Shown: in pieces, positions 36,239 to 46,700 of the stretch
Layout of the letters: each line of letters starts with the position of its first letter
Numbering within the stretch: position 1 is the stretch's first letter
Assembly: GCA_964640545.1 (NCBI GenBank)
Contig: CAZXHL010000004.1
Location: 1 to 56,497, forward strand
Direction of reading: 5' to 3'
DNA length: 56,497 nt
DNA from: an uncultured Bacteriovorax sp.
GTDB taxonomy: Bacteria; Bdellovibrionota; UBA2428
Position numbers and translations under genes: made by a program
Notes under the pieces: model-generated
Databases searched by the model: none
Seen by the model: the letters and a program-made list of their open reading frames with translations, nothing else
What the model was told of the DNA's origin: nothing

Positions 36239-38157
36239 GCGGCATCATCCCCTTTTTCGAACCCAGTCATAGGTACGTCGCGATCACTAGCGGATGGCAA
36301 CACCTCTTCTGCAAGTCCAGAAAGCAGGTCATTGGCTAGTTTCAAGGATTGAGTCGCCCGTTTGATACGTGCAGAACGGTCTTCGGCTTTTTCAGTTTCC
36401 TCAACCATTCTTTCTCTCAATCCATCAAGCTCATAGTGCAGTCGATCAATCTCACGTCTTTGATCGAGTAGTTGTTCATCTTTTGAAGCGAGCAAGGCTT
36501 CCGCGTCTCGTTTTTGAAGTTCTAATTTATTGTACAGCTCTCGCTCCTGAGCTCGAATTTTCACAAAGTCTCCGCGCACTCTCTCACGAAAGTCTTCGAG
36601 TTTATTCTGGGCTTTGCTGGCTTGAAAAATAGCGTTATCAAGTCGAAGACTAAGGGCTCTCAATTCTTCTTGATGTGTACCTTCCATCTTCTGAATATGG
36701 AATTGCTTTTGACTTAACTCTTCTTCATAAGAGTTCACCTGACTCTGAAGATCATCGTTCGCAAGGCTGAGTCGACGACGCTCCTGCACGTCTTGAGTCA
36801 GCTTGGCTTCAAGTTTGGACATTTGCCCCTTAAGAACTCTTACTGTGGCATCTTTTTCCCTGGCCTCACGCTCTTTCATCGCCGCGTATTTCTGAACAGT
36901 AGAAATATCGTCTGATTTTAAATGCTTCGACAATGCGGGATCGACCATCGAAGGAGCGTTGGCATTTTCATTGGCCATGGAATCGAAATCCAACCCATCA
37001 TCAAACAAAGCGTCGTTCCCTGGTATAACAGGCTCATCTTTGATCTCGGCCGCAAAAGTATCTCTTCCAGCCAGAGGCCCACTAATGTCGGCATCGGGAT
37101 GTTCAATCTTAGATTCCACAGAATTCGACTCCAGATTAAGAGCTAAGTCATCTTCACTGAGATCATCAGAGCTTTGAGCAATGGGACCTGAAGAAAACAT
37201 TTCCATATCGATGGCACTCTCTTCGATAGCAGCATCGCTTATGCCAGCATCTTCACCAAGTTGCCCAGCCAAATCTGCCCCCAACAAAGCAGCTGCTGAA
37301 TCGAGATCGGAATCTTCATCATCTATATTCAAGCCGGAAGCAGCAAGCTCATCAGAAGAATCAACCTCAGCTTCGCCATTAAGATCAAACGAATCAACCT
37401 CGGCTTCGCTATTGAAATCAAGCGAATCACCATTCAGCTCATCATTAGCCGCATCCGAGCTAAATAATTCCGTATGTGCGTCGTCACTAGGAACAGGAGA
37501 ATCGTCAAACAGGTGCGTAGACTCCGAGGAGTCTGAGGTAGAGTCAATCGACATGCCGCCATCATCCGCCTCGCCGTCAACATTTAATCCAAGATCACCG
37601 ACACCCAGAGCATCAGCATCAACCTCTGTGCCCGCGGCCACACTCTCAAAATTCAAAGCATCTACATCATCATTCGCATCGCTATCGCCCTCAACACTCA
37701 TACCTTCAGACGAATCATCTAAACCTAAATCGAACGAGATGGGATTGCCAACATTTGAATCAGGCTGAAGACTTAAGCTTCCAGTGCCAGTAGCTGGCTC
37801 CATTTCTTCTTCAAATAAATAATCAATGCTCTCTAGCAGAGCATGCTCTTCGCCAATCTCAATTTCGGGATCTAAAACTTCTCTCCAAGCCTCTCGGATG
37901 GGATCATCATATAGAACCAAAGTACGAACCATTAATTCCCCGGCCTTAACCTTGGAAACCCACTCATCGATAGAAGACAAATCTGATCCTGTCGCCACAA
38001 TGAACATAAGGTCGTAATTGTCATGCTGGTATTCACTAGCATTTGAAAGACACACCGGCGCCTCTCCATGGGAAGACAAGAACCCTAAAAGTTCGGACGC
38101 ACGAGTCGACTGAATCGACTCTGATGTGCCAACTACAAGTATTTTATAGCGAGTCAT
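36235..38157 (-). CDS. Large acidic protein: receiver-like N-terminus, ~330-aa Asp/Glu/Ser-rich disordered region, C-terminal coiled-coil
   Basis: 640 aa. The N-terminus KILVVGTSE...YDLMFIVATG...VRTLVLYDD has a CheY-like beta-alpha rhythm, but I cannot locate the canonical acidic pocket or phospho-acceptor. The middle is extremely acidic with internal repeats. The C-terminal ~220 aa are heptad-like (REKDATVRVLKGQMSKLEAKL...). Confidence 0.7.
   Translation of the reverse strand: MTRYKILVVGTSESIQSTRASELLGFLSSHGEAPVCLSNASEYQHDNYDLMFIVATGSDLSSIDEWVSKVKAGELMVRTLVLYDDPIREAWREVLDPEIEIGEEHALLESIDYLFEEEMEPATGTGSLSLQPDSNVGNPISFDLGLDDSSEGMSVEGDSDANDDVDALNFESVAAGTEVDADALGVGDLGLNVDGEADDGGMSIDSTSDSSESTHLFDDSPVPSDDAHTELFSSDAANDELNGDSLDFNSEAEVDSFDLNGEAEVDSSDELAASGLNIDDEDSDLDSAAALLGADLAGQLGEDAGISDAAIEESAIDMEMFSSGPIAQSSDDLSEDDLALNLESNSVESKIEHPDADISGPLAGRDTFAAEIKDEPVIPGNDALFDDGLDFDSMANENANAPSMVDPALSKHLKSDDISTVQKYAAMKEREAREKDATVRVLKGQMSKLEAKLTQDVQERRRLSLANDDLQSQVNSYEEELSQKQFHIQKMEGTHQEELRALSLRLDNAIFQASKAQNKLEDFRERVRGDFVKIRAQERELYNKLELQKRDAEALLASKDEQLLDQRREIDRLHYELDGLRERMVEETEKAEDRSARIKRATQSLKLANDLLSGLAEEVLPSASDRDVPMTGFEKGDDAA
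37358..37423. repeat. 33-nt imperfect tandem duplication inside the acidic-protein gene
   Basis: gaatcaacctcagcttcgccattaagatcaaac is followed by gaatcaacctcggcttcgctattgaaatcaagc, with 28/33 identical by my count. This encodes ...F(N/D)(S/L)(N)GEAEVDS... twice on the minus strand. Confidence 0.85.
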
Positions 38158-38202
38158 CTTTATGAGGTATCGGTAATACCTGCAGAAAATATGAGAAATT
38201 GA

Positions 38203-39081
38203 TTAAGATTCGGGATCTTTATCTTCTGTTGCAATGGGCAAAGTCAGCTCAAAACAGGTGCCAACCTTCATTTTCAAGAGCTTAATGCGGCCTCCCATTT
38301 CCTCAATGATGGATCTGGTCAGGTATAACCCCAGCCCACTCCCCGTTATGCTAGTGCCCCCCGCTACATTTACTGCTGTCTGATCTTGGTGAATGTGAGC
38401 AAGTTGACCTTTTGTTGTAAAAAATGGCTCAAACACTCTTTCAAAATATAATTCTGGAATTCCAGGCCCATTATCAGAAATTTTGATCGAATAATGTCGA
38501 TCTCTCCCGAACTTTCCATCAATCGAAATCATTTTGTCTGCAGGGACCTCTCTCTTCCCGAAAAATCCAAATGACTCTGCAGAGTTTTTTACTAAGTTCA
38601 ACAAAACTTCGTAGAAGCGACTTTCATTCCCATAAAGCTCCACATCTTCAATATTGACTTTGAGCTCCACACCACTTTTCTCCAGCGATTTAGAGAAATG
38701 CTTCGATAAATCTGTACAAATTTTTTCCAGACGGAAAACGGTCACGTTTTCCTCCAGAGGACCCGCCAGTCCCTGCAAACTTTTGGTGATATGAAGGCTT
38801 CTATTGCAGGCCTCGCGAACCACCTCTAAAGCTTCACGCATGTCTTCCAACGTTCCGCTATCAAGAGCCCATTCTGCATGACCATCTGCCGCACCCAATA
38901 TATTGTTGAATTCGTGTGCCACACCGGATGCCAGCAATCTACCGTCCCAGGCAAGCCCTTTACCCACACGGCTTCGCACGGATTCATGTCTGACTCGCTC
39001 AGCTACCATCAGCTTTCGCTTCAAATCACGAATTTGTTCCTTGAGGTCTTCCAGCAATACAGCTTCTTTCGATTTTGTCAT
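38203..39081 (-). CDS. Soluble sensor histidine kinase (no TM or obvious sensor domain)
   Basis: 292 aa. Coiled-coil N-terminus. H-box GVAHEFNNIL, N-box LLNLVKNSAES, G1 DNGPGIP and G2 GSGLGLYL. Confidence 0.85.
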   Translation of the reverse strand: MTKSKEAVLLEDLKEQIRDLKRKLMVAERVRHESVRSRVGKGLAWDGRLLASGVAHEFNNILGAADGHAEWALDSGTLEDMREALEVVREACNRSLHITKSLQGLAGPLEENVTVFRLEKICTDLSKHFSKSLEKSGVELKVNIEDVELYGNESRFYEVLLNLVKNSAESFGFFGKREVPADKMISIDGKFGRDRHYSIKISDNGPGIPELYFERVFEPFFTTKGQLAHIHQDQTAVNVAGGTSITGSGLGLYLTRSIIEEMGGRIKLLKMKVGTCFELTLPIATEDKDPES

Positions 39082-39090
39082 AGGCCTTAG

Positions 39091-41112
39091 CTAGAAGCAT
39101 CCCCCATCCCTGAGGAGCAAGTCAAGTTTGCGCATTCGCGAAACCGTATCGCGCAATTTCGCAGCGGCTTCGAAGTTTAGCTCTCTGGCCTGCTGCCGCA
39201 TCTGCGTCTCAGTTGCCTTCATAAGCTTGCCGAGTTCCTTGAGGTTCTGAGGTAGATCATCATAGCTCTCTGCCATTTCAAGAGTAGTGACATCACTTTT
39301 TTCAAGACGATCCGTCACATCACTATTGCCAGAGCTTGTCGTCGAAGTCGGTGTGATGCCATGTTTGAGATTGTACTCGGCTTGAATTTCTCTGCGGCGG
39401 GACGTTTCTCCCATGGCTTCTTCCATGCTTCTCGTAATGCGGTCGGCGTATAAAATCACGTGGCCGTTGAGATTTCTCGCGGCACGTCCAAAAGTCTGGA
39501 TGAGTGCCGTGCGAGACCTCAAAAACCCTTCCTTGTCCGCGTCCAAAATGGCAACCAAAGAAACTTCTGGGAGGTCTAAGCCCTCTCTTAAAAGGTTGAT
39601 CCCAACCAAGACATCAAACTTTCCTTTTCTAAGGTCACGTAGAATTTCGACACGCTCAAGCGTTTCAATATCGGAGTGCATGTAGCGAACTCTAACGCCC
39701 TTCTTCGTAAAAAAGTCCGTCAGATCCTCAGCCATTTTCTTAGTCAAAGTCGTCACAAGAACTCGCTCACCCTTTGCCGTTCTTTCGCGGCACTGTTCAA
39801 GCAAGTCTTTGACCTGCTCAGTCGCAGGCCGCACCTCAAGAGTCGGGTCTAGTAGTCCCGTCGGACGAATGATTTGTTCAACGATACGGCCTTCTGATTT
39901 TTCGAACTCATATTTAGAAGGCGTCGCGCTCACAAAAATCAACTGATCAACTAAGCCTTCAAATTCCTCGAACTTTAAAGGCCTATTGTCTAGCGCGCTC
40001 GGCAAACGAAAACCGTGCTCCACAAGATTCATCTTTCTTGCCCTATCACCTCGATACATGGCACCGATTTGAGGAATGGATACATGACTCTCGTCGACCA
40101 GCAAAAGCCAGTCTTTGGGAAAATATTCAATTAGGGTTGGGGGCTGCTGTCCTTCTTTACGGCCAGACATGTGCCTCGAATAGTTCTCTACTCCCGGGCA
40201 GTATCCTACCTCTTGCATCATCTCGATATCGTAAAGCGTGCGCTGTTCGAGGCGCTGATATTCCGCGTGTTTTCCCAAAGACTTCAACTGCACAAGTCGC
40301 TCTCGCAATTCTTCCTGGATCGATGCAATCGCTCTTTTTTTGGTGTCAGCATCTGTCACATAATGAGAACCTGGGTAGATTCCAACCTTCCGAAGCGAGT
40401 TCAGCCTTTGTCCCGTCAAGGGATCAAGTTCGTCGATCGAATCGACTTCATTCCCAAAAAAACTAATGCGAATGGCGCGAAGCCCTTCATAGGTGGGAAA
40501 GATATCTACTGTGTCTCCACGCACTCTAAAACTACCTCGATGGAAGTCAACGTCACTTCGTGTGTAGCTTACTTCCACAAGCTTCTTCAAAAAATCATCA
40601 CGCCGTATCTTTTCACCTACCTTCACCATAATCAGCATTTTCAAATACTCTTCTGGTGATCCCAATCCGTAGATGCAACTGACACTGGCAACAATCAGAA
40701 CGTCTCTTCTCTCGAGCAAAGAGCGGGTGGCGGAGTGCCTCAACTTATCGATTTCATCATTAACGGCAGAGTCTTTTTCGATGAAGGTATCAGTCGAAGG
40801 AATATAGGCCTCTGGTTGATAGTAGTCGTAATACGAAACGAAATACTCGACGGCATTCTTGGGGAACAGTGCTTTAAATTCTGAGTAAAGTTGAGCGGCG
40901 AGCGTCTTATTCGGGGCCAATACCAATGTAGGCTTGTTCACCCTTGATACGACTTGTGCCATGGTGAAAGTCTTTCCTGACCCTGTGACCCCGAGAAGTG
41001 TTTGATGCTTGAGTTTGCGATTTAGCCCTTCAACAAGCTCTTCAATCGCACGCGGCTGATCGCCTGCTGGCGTGAACTTTGTCACCAATTCAAATCGATC
41101 TTGCTCCGTCAT
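39091..41112 (-). CDS. uvrB: Excinuclease ABC subunit B
   Basis: Walker [13 protein letters not shown], beta-hairpin region [10 protein letters not shown], helicase motifs and C-terminal UVR domain ([12 protein letters not shown]). I place the start at the ATG at 41112 ([10 protein letters not shown]...) rather than the track start at 41172. Confidence 0.95.
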   Translation of the reverse strand: MTEQDRFELVTKFTPAGDQPRAIEELVEGLNRKLKHQTLLGVTGSGKTFTMAQVVSRVNKPTLVLAPNKTLAAQLYSEFKALFPKNAVEYFVSYYDYYQPEAYIPSTDTFIEKDSAVNDEIDKLRHSATRSLLERRDVLIVASVSCIYGLGSPEEYLKMLIMVKVGEKIRRDDFLKKLVEVSYTRSDVDFHRGSFRVRGDTVDIFPTYEGLRAIRISFFGNEVDSIDELDPLTGQRLNSLRKVGIYPGSHYVTDADTKKRAIASIQEELRERLVQLKSLGKHAEYQRLEQRTLYDIEMMQEVGYCPGVENYSRHMSGRKEGQQPPTLIEYFPKDWLLLVDESHVSIPQIGAMYRGDRARKMNLVEHGFRLPSALDNRPLKFEEFEGLVDQLIFVSATPSKYEFEKSEGRIVEQIIRPTGLLDPTLEVRPATEQVKDLLEQCRERTAKGERVLVTTLTKKMAEDLTDFFTKKGVRVRYMHSDIETLERVEILRDLRKGKFDVLVGINLLREGLDLPEVSLVAILDADKEGFLRSRTALIQTFGRAARNLNGHVILYADRITRSMEEAMGETSRRREIQAEYNLKHGITPTSTTSSGNSDVTDRLEKSDVTTLEMAESYDDLPQNLKELGKLMKATETQMRQQARELNFEAAAKLRDTVSRMRKLDLLLRDGGCF

Positions 41113-41401
41113 GATAAATGTTGTGTTAATTCTACACGGCCTCGCTACAAAGCGTTGCAATAGTTTAGACAATCTTTAGCCGCCATCAGCGCACAATGTC
41201 GTTTATAATTACGGGTGTTTAGGGAATAACTGTCTAAACTTCAGACATTTTTCAAGGCTAAGTAGCCCAATTTCTTCACCTTTCTACTCGAAGTCTTAAC
41301 ATTAAATTACTTAACCCCTTCAAGACTTTGTACGAAGGGAATTATGTAGAGCGAATGTAAGCGAATGCGGAACGTTATTTAAAAAAGGAAACTGAATTGA
41401 A

Positions 41402-41665
41402 ATGGCTTCATCACTAAACTTTAGTCCTCGAATAAAAACCCTCATCCCCGTGGATGTCATGACAAGACTGAGCATCATTCCTATTGATTTACGGGATGAT
41501 AAATTATGCATGGTGGCACTTCGCCCCTTGAGTGATCAAGCTCTCATAGAATTAAAAATGATCACCGGTGTAGAAGATTACGAACTTCAAATTGTTGGAG
41601 AAGATGTGATCACTGCCTACATTGGATTATTTGTTGATGGTACTTTGTTCTCTACAGCTGCTTAA
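41402..41665 (+). CDS. Stand-alone T2SSE_N (GspE/PilB N-terminal)-like domain protein
   Basis: 87 aa. IKTLIPVDVMTRLSIIPIDLRDDKLCMVALRPLSDQALIELKMITGVEDYELQIVGEDVITAYI follows the T2SSE_N pattern (lip...a....vlPl....d.l.vA..dP.d......l...tg..v....a....I...i). No ATPase domain follows. Confidence 0.5.
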   Translation: MASSLNFSPRIKTLIPVDVMTRLSIIPIDLRDDKLCMVALRPLSDQALIELKMITGVEDYELQIVGEDVITAYIGLFVDGTLFSTAA

Positions 41666-41686
41666 CTCGAATTCTAAGAATTCGAG
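41666..41686. terminator. Bidirectional terminator hairpin between convergent genes
   Basis: CTCGAATTC (41666..41674), loop TAA, then GAATTCGAG (41678..41686). Perfect 9-bp stem followed by CTTTG. It lies between the stops at 41665 (+) and 41694 (-). Confidence 0.6.
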
Positions 41687-41693
41687 CTTTGCC

Positions 41694-42359
41694 CTAAAAA
41701 AGTGCCTTACCGTAGATATCAGGTACAACGGAGCTCACGGAATCTAATGAGCGCAAGGTCTCCGCGGCCTCATTCCAAGAATCATGCTTTAGCATGGGGA
41801 AACTAATCAAGTATAACTGCTCAGTATTCATCTTTCTGCGCACCAAAAACCCCACCTTGGCCATCGCCGAAATCACCATGTCCTCTGTCCAACCTTCTTT
41901 GAATTTTACGAGAATATGGTCCGCCACAAATTGCCGCTCTCCGCGAAACACTTTGTAGGCACCGTCTAACGGCGAAGTCTCGTAAATCTCCTGCTTCATA
42001 ATATAGGGGTAACGTGACGAAACCTCGTAGATTTTTTGAATATACATTCTCGTCTCAGACTCAACATACTCACCAGACATAATGGGCTCAAATTCATCAA
42101 GTGCTTTTGTTCCAACACTATCATCTTCGGAAGTTGGTGAATCGTTCACAGCCTCTCCCGCGGAACTATCTTCAGTCGCTTTTTTTTCCGTGGTTTTTTT
42201 CGACTTAAAGACCCGTGTGGCGGTGTCTGTTGTGGGGAGTGACTCACCCTGTTCTTCTAGGCCTAGCTCTTGCTGCGACGTCTCCACACATGCTCTCATC
42301 GAGAAAACGAATAGAAACAAAACCGGTCCCAACACAAAAATCCATTTCTTGAGATCCAT
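41694..42359 (-). CDS. Exported protein with C-terminal subtilase-propeptide (inhibitor I9)-like region
   Basis: 221 aa. Signal peptide and an acidic spacer. Then HILVKFKEGWTEDMVISAMAKVGFLVRRKM...LYLISFP...AAETLRSLDSVSSVVPDIYGKA, which resembles the I9 pattern (ivk.k.g........g..v.......l..v......a...L...p.V..vepd). Confidence 0.45.
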   Translation of the reverse strand: MDLKKWIFVLGPVLFLFVFSMRACVETSQQELGLEEQGESLPTTDTATRVFKSKKTTEKKATEDSSAGEAVNDSPTSEDDSVGTKALDEFEPIMSGEYVESETRMYIQKIYEVSSRYPYIMKQEIYETSPLDGAYKVFRGERQFVADHILVKFKEGWTEDMVISAMAKVGFLVRRKMNTEQLYLISFPMLKHDSWNEAAETLRSLDSVSSVVPDIYGKALF

Positions 42360-42412
42360 ATAGCTTTAAATTATAGCGACTCTTCCAAGAAACTGAAGGA
42401 CGCTATCAGGTA

Positions 42413-43591
42413 TTAGTTTATAAAATCTTCCGCGGCTTCCAAAGCAAGTCCAACGTCAAGAAAGCCACCTGTGATCAAAATGTTTCCAGGGACACCGTCA
42501 GTCCCACTGTAGGACTCAACGTTATTGAGTAGTAGACCTTTTAAGCTGAGAGCGTCGATATCATTCAAGCCAATATGGGACCACATCAGGGCCAGAGTCC
42601 CAGCCACCATGGGAGCCGCCATGCTCGTCCCAGACTTATTTCCATAATTCTTGGTACCTGTATAAGGGTTACCATTGAAGCTATAAGCTGTATAATCATA
42701 TTCTGGAAGGGTGCTGTGAATGCTATAGCCCGGAGCAGAAAGATGAACGGTTCCCCCCCCGTAGTTAGAAGTATTTAACAACTCTTCATCACTAAACCCT
42801 TCGTAATTCGAGGCCACACTAATCACATAATTTGAACTCAACGAAGCAGGGTATGTTCTATCAACATCTGTATTGCGGCCGTTGTTTCCCGCCGCAGCGA
42901 CAATCAAGGCCCCTTTAGATGCTGCCTTAGAAGTGATGCCTGAAAAAATATCTTCGAATTCAGCATTTTCACTTTCTGTTGTAGCCGGAACATAAGAACC
43001 TAGTGAAGCGTTGATCACCTTCGCGTTCTGATCCAGCAAGTAATTGAGGCCATCAACGACGTCGGATAATGCTGCCGAACCCTTCGCATCAGTCACCTTC
43101 GCAACGACCATGCTAGCCGTCCAACAAATTCCTGCTACGCCAATACCATTATTGCCTCGCGCTGCAATGATACCAGCAACATGGGTACCATGACTATTTT
43201 CGTCCTTAACGGGATAACTGGCGCTAACACCAGAAAAATTCTGCCCAGGAGAACTTGGATTTGCCAAATTACTAGTTAGATCATCATGATCTTTATCGAT
43301 TCCTGAATCAACAATTCCAATTTTAACACTGCTACAATCTGTATTTCGGTTCCACGCTTTGTTGGCGCGCACATCGGACGCAACGGCTAGATCATAGGAG
43401 GGATCATTAGGGTTGGTTGAGCTGGAGCTAAAAAGATAATCAACTCCATTAGGATTCCAAGCGGCTTTAACCGGCAAAATCACACTAAATCCAGACGCTT
43501 TTGTGTCTGAACCTCTAGAAAAACAACCCACGCACAAAACTAGTAGCAATACCCCGTTGAATAACCTCAATTTATGCCCCACCCTATACAC
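42413..43591 (-). CDS. Subtilisin-family (S8) serine peptidase, exported
   Basis: 392 aa. Signal/lipoprotein-like N-terminus (LLLVLCVGC). Catalytic triad motifs IGIVDSGID, HGTHVAGIIA and SGTSMAAPMVAG. There is too little sequence between signal peptide and catalytic Asp for a full propeptide. Confidence 0.9.
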   Translation of the reverse strand: MYRVGHKLRLFNGVLLLVLCVGCFSRGSDTKASGFSVILPVKAAWNPNGVDYLFSSSSTNPNDPSYDLAVASDVRANKAWNRNTDCSSVKIGIVDSGIDKDHDDLTSNLANPSSPGQNFSGVSASYPVKDENSHGTHVAGIIAARGNNGIGVAGICWTASMVVAKVTDAKGSAALSDVVDGLNYLLDQNAKVINASLGSYVPATTESENAEFEDIFSGITSKAASKGALIVAAAGNNGRNTDVDRTYPASLSSNYVISVASNYEGFSDEELLNTSNYGGGTVHLSAPGYSIHSTLPEYDYTAYSFNGNPYTGTKNYGNKSGTSMAAPMVAGTLALMWSHIGLNDIDALSLKGLLLNNVESYSGTDGVPGNILITGGFLDVGLALEAAEDFIN

Positions 43592-43728
43592 TCCCTAATT
43601 CTACGCGTCATGGAGGGGCTGCTGTGTTAAACTTAGGTTAAATAGCTAAGAAAAATTCATGTATTATCAATTACTTATGACCAAATTCGGACTTTGACAC
43701 ATTGACCCAAAAACGCTAGGAAGAGGGC

Positions 43729-46700
43729 GTGAAAAAGCTTTCCCTTTCCTCGATGTCAGCGCTCCTTAGAACGCTGCTATTCGTGGGCCTGTTAGCTTCT
43801 TGCTCCCCCCAAAAAATTGAGAGATCACAACCTCCCGGCAGCTGTAGTCAGATCCCGCTTCAATCATCTGAGTGGACACCCGACCTCACTAGACAGGTCT
43901 TCGAATGTCTGACAACCCAAGTGCTCGGCGAAGAAATCTCTAGTGAAGACTTTGAGAATGTGAAGTTTGTTGCCATTTCGAAACTCCTGAACGAAAGCTT
44001 CAGCACCGAGGGGGGCCGGATGAAGTTTCTGAAGCTACTAGAAACGACACGAGCTATTTTCCCAGAGATTCGTAATATTGTTTTAGATCCCGAAACGGAA
44101 AACGTTTTGCTTTCCGATGAAATTCGAACCCACATTCCTTGGCTCATTCAGAACATGGAACTCGCCACTCCTGAGCTCGCGAGACACCCCATCGAAACAG
44201 CGAAAGTCGGAATATCAATCTTTGAACTGTTTCAATCGAAGACTTCTCAGCTAGAGCTTCTCTACCCCCTTTCCAAACTTGTTAAGACCGCACACAAAAA
44301 AGAAGGATCCGCTTCTTTTTTTCTTTTGCAGTCGAGAAGTATTCTTGACTCCCTCGCCCAGCATCCTGACGTCACCTACGTGATGAACAAACTTTCAAAA
44401 AAACATTATTGTCAGTCTGCACCTGACATCATTACAGAATCGCCATTCGCTCAGACCATTGAGTTTTTTAAGGAAGACCGACTTTCTCCTCTGAATTTTT
44501 TATCCTCAGCGGAACAAGGTTACGCCTTCTGGTATCAAGTTTGTGGATCGCAAACCGCGAATACTCCGAATGAATTAGGTACCGTCTTGGCTTGGGTCTT
44601 CCAGGAGTGGGACCCACTACAGAGCGTCTTCCATGCAGGCGACGAAAAGTCCTGGCTAGAAAGTGGTTTACGACTCATCGAACTTGATCAGAGTTCCCAT
44701 CCAAAACTTCTAAAGCTTCTCTTCAACTCTCAACTGGGCAAGACCGCTGCCTATCGACTAGCTGAAGATTCACAGATGAGACATTCCTGGACTGAAGGAC
44801 TAGACCTTTGGATTGAGGGTCTGGAGAATTCCCAGATGGAACTCCTTCCATTTATGAAGTCAGCCCTATTAAAAATGCTAGCAAGCCCCATAGACAGTGG
44901 CGCGTTCATGAGCCAGCTATCACAACTAGATTCAGAGGTACTCGCTGAGGTTTTTGAAATATTTCAAATCGTCTCGCAAAAACAATGGCCAGCCGTAAAG
45001 TCATCCGTAGAGACCGGAAAAGTATTGACTCTACTCGACTTTTTTCAGTGGTTCATTCAAGGAAAAGAAGAGATTAAAGATACCAATGCTCCCGTTTATT
45101 CCGATTGGGAATGGCGCGACTCCCCACCACAACGATCTGAAAATGCTCAAGCCAAATTGGCAAGAAACCTCGTCTTGAGATGTCATAAAAACTCGGCTCA
45201 GATCAAAGTCATTCATGATTGCTTTGAGCAATCCGGTCTGAACTTCTCGCCAAAATGGATTGCACCGCTTTGGACTCTTAATGCTGATTCGGCTGTTTTA
45301 TTAGCGGCCCACCCGGATGAGCTTGAATATGTTTCCTCTCCAGCACTCGCCAGACCATTCTGGAAAGAACTGTTTGAGTGGTTCGCCATTAGTAAAATTG
45401 AACCAGAAGATTTTCTCAAAACTCTTTCGCCCATCAATCGAATCATTCAATCACAATCCCAAATTTCTTGGAATGACTTCCTCGCCACTCACAGCCAAGT
45501 CTTGTTCGAATACGCAGAACCTGTGAACTCTCCGCTCTTTAGAAACCTCAGCATCTACAAAAAAGACCGCGCCCAAGACATCGACACGGATCTGTTTACT
45601 GATGGGAAAGTCCGTCAGTTCTTGTTTAAGCCTCAGTTTTGGAATCGACTCATTGTTGAATTTTTGAGTCACAAAAAATGGGAACCATCAAAACAAGCGA
45701 TCTATCGCCTGATTAACTCCTCGCTAGAACTTAACTTATGGGTTCAAGACGGACGGCTCGCGAAACTAAACATCAATTCCATCGAGGCTCTCGACCTTTT
45801 GCTGTGGGAGTTAAAAATACCGATCATCTCATCAAGCACGGCGATCGCTAGCGTTTTAAATTCTTGGGAGAAGAACAAAAATGCTGACGACGTTAGGTCT
45901 TGGTTGAATTCGAAACACTTCCAGCTGAGCCTAGCTGAAAAACTCGCCTCCTTGAAGGATGACAGTGGTTTTGGAATGAGAAGGCGCTTTGAAAATGCGA
46001 TTCGCTTGGTAAATGTTTTACGCCAACAACCAGACCAGAAACTCAGAGACCTTCTAGCAGCTTCGAGATTCTTGGAACTGTTTAAAAGCAATGGGCGCAG
46101 CTTCACAAGTACCTCGGCCAAGTCTCTACTGTTTTTACATCAAATGGGCTTACTTCAAGCGGCCAATGTCGCCTTCAACGCCAAAGCATCTTGGTCAAAG
46201 CAGATTTTAAAATCTCGATCTTTAGATCCAAAGTTTTCCACATTGTTAAATGTTTTTGCGCAAGAAATTCGAGCTATCTTGGAGTCGGTCTCACCTGCCA
46301 GCCTGAGAAAACTTGGAAAATACCAAGTGAATAGTGAATATTGGTTCCTCAGATCTATTAGCGCGACAGCGTGTTCTGTGTTTTTTACATCACCACAACA
46401 TTTCAATTCTCTACTATCAGAAAAAAAGCTTTTAACTGAGTTTCTAAAAAATGCTTCTTTAGTTTTTAGAAAATACCTAGAGCAGAACAGCGACGTTCTT
46501 GAGGTCTCTTTCGACAAAGTTCACAACGTTATATTGGCGTATCCCACAAGTCCTCCAGATGAAAATCTCTTGGTTCTGATCGATGCTTTGTCCAGCGAGA
46601 GACAGCTAATGCCGCTATGGCGCGACTTATACAAACTTCCTAACCAATCCATTGAAGACTTAATTGTATGGCTAGAAACAGGCATTCCTCAGAGGCTAAT

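Noticed and set aside
37181-37768. 195-aa Ser/Ala-rich plus-strand ORF
   Set aside because: It is antisense to the Asp/Glu-rich region of the 640-aa gene (GAN/GAA codons read backwards give Ser/Phe/Ile). It has no start context or motifs.
41113-41401. Possible SOS/LexA operator upstream of uvrB (looked for TTAC-N3-GTAA-type and CTGT-N8-ACAG-type palindromes; saw GTTTAG-N11-CTAAAC at about 41217..41239)
   Set aside because: There is no match to any LexA box I know. The inverted repeat is short with a long spacer, so it is not convincing without a genome-wide motif search.
41402-41665. c-di-GMP-binding MshEN motif in the stand-alone T2SSE_N-like protein
   Set aside because: The RLGxx(L/V/I)(L/V/I)xxG(L/V/I)(L/V/I)xxxxLxxxLxxQ motif is not present in the 87-aa sequence. 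Only the generic T2SSE_N pattern is present.
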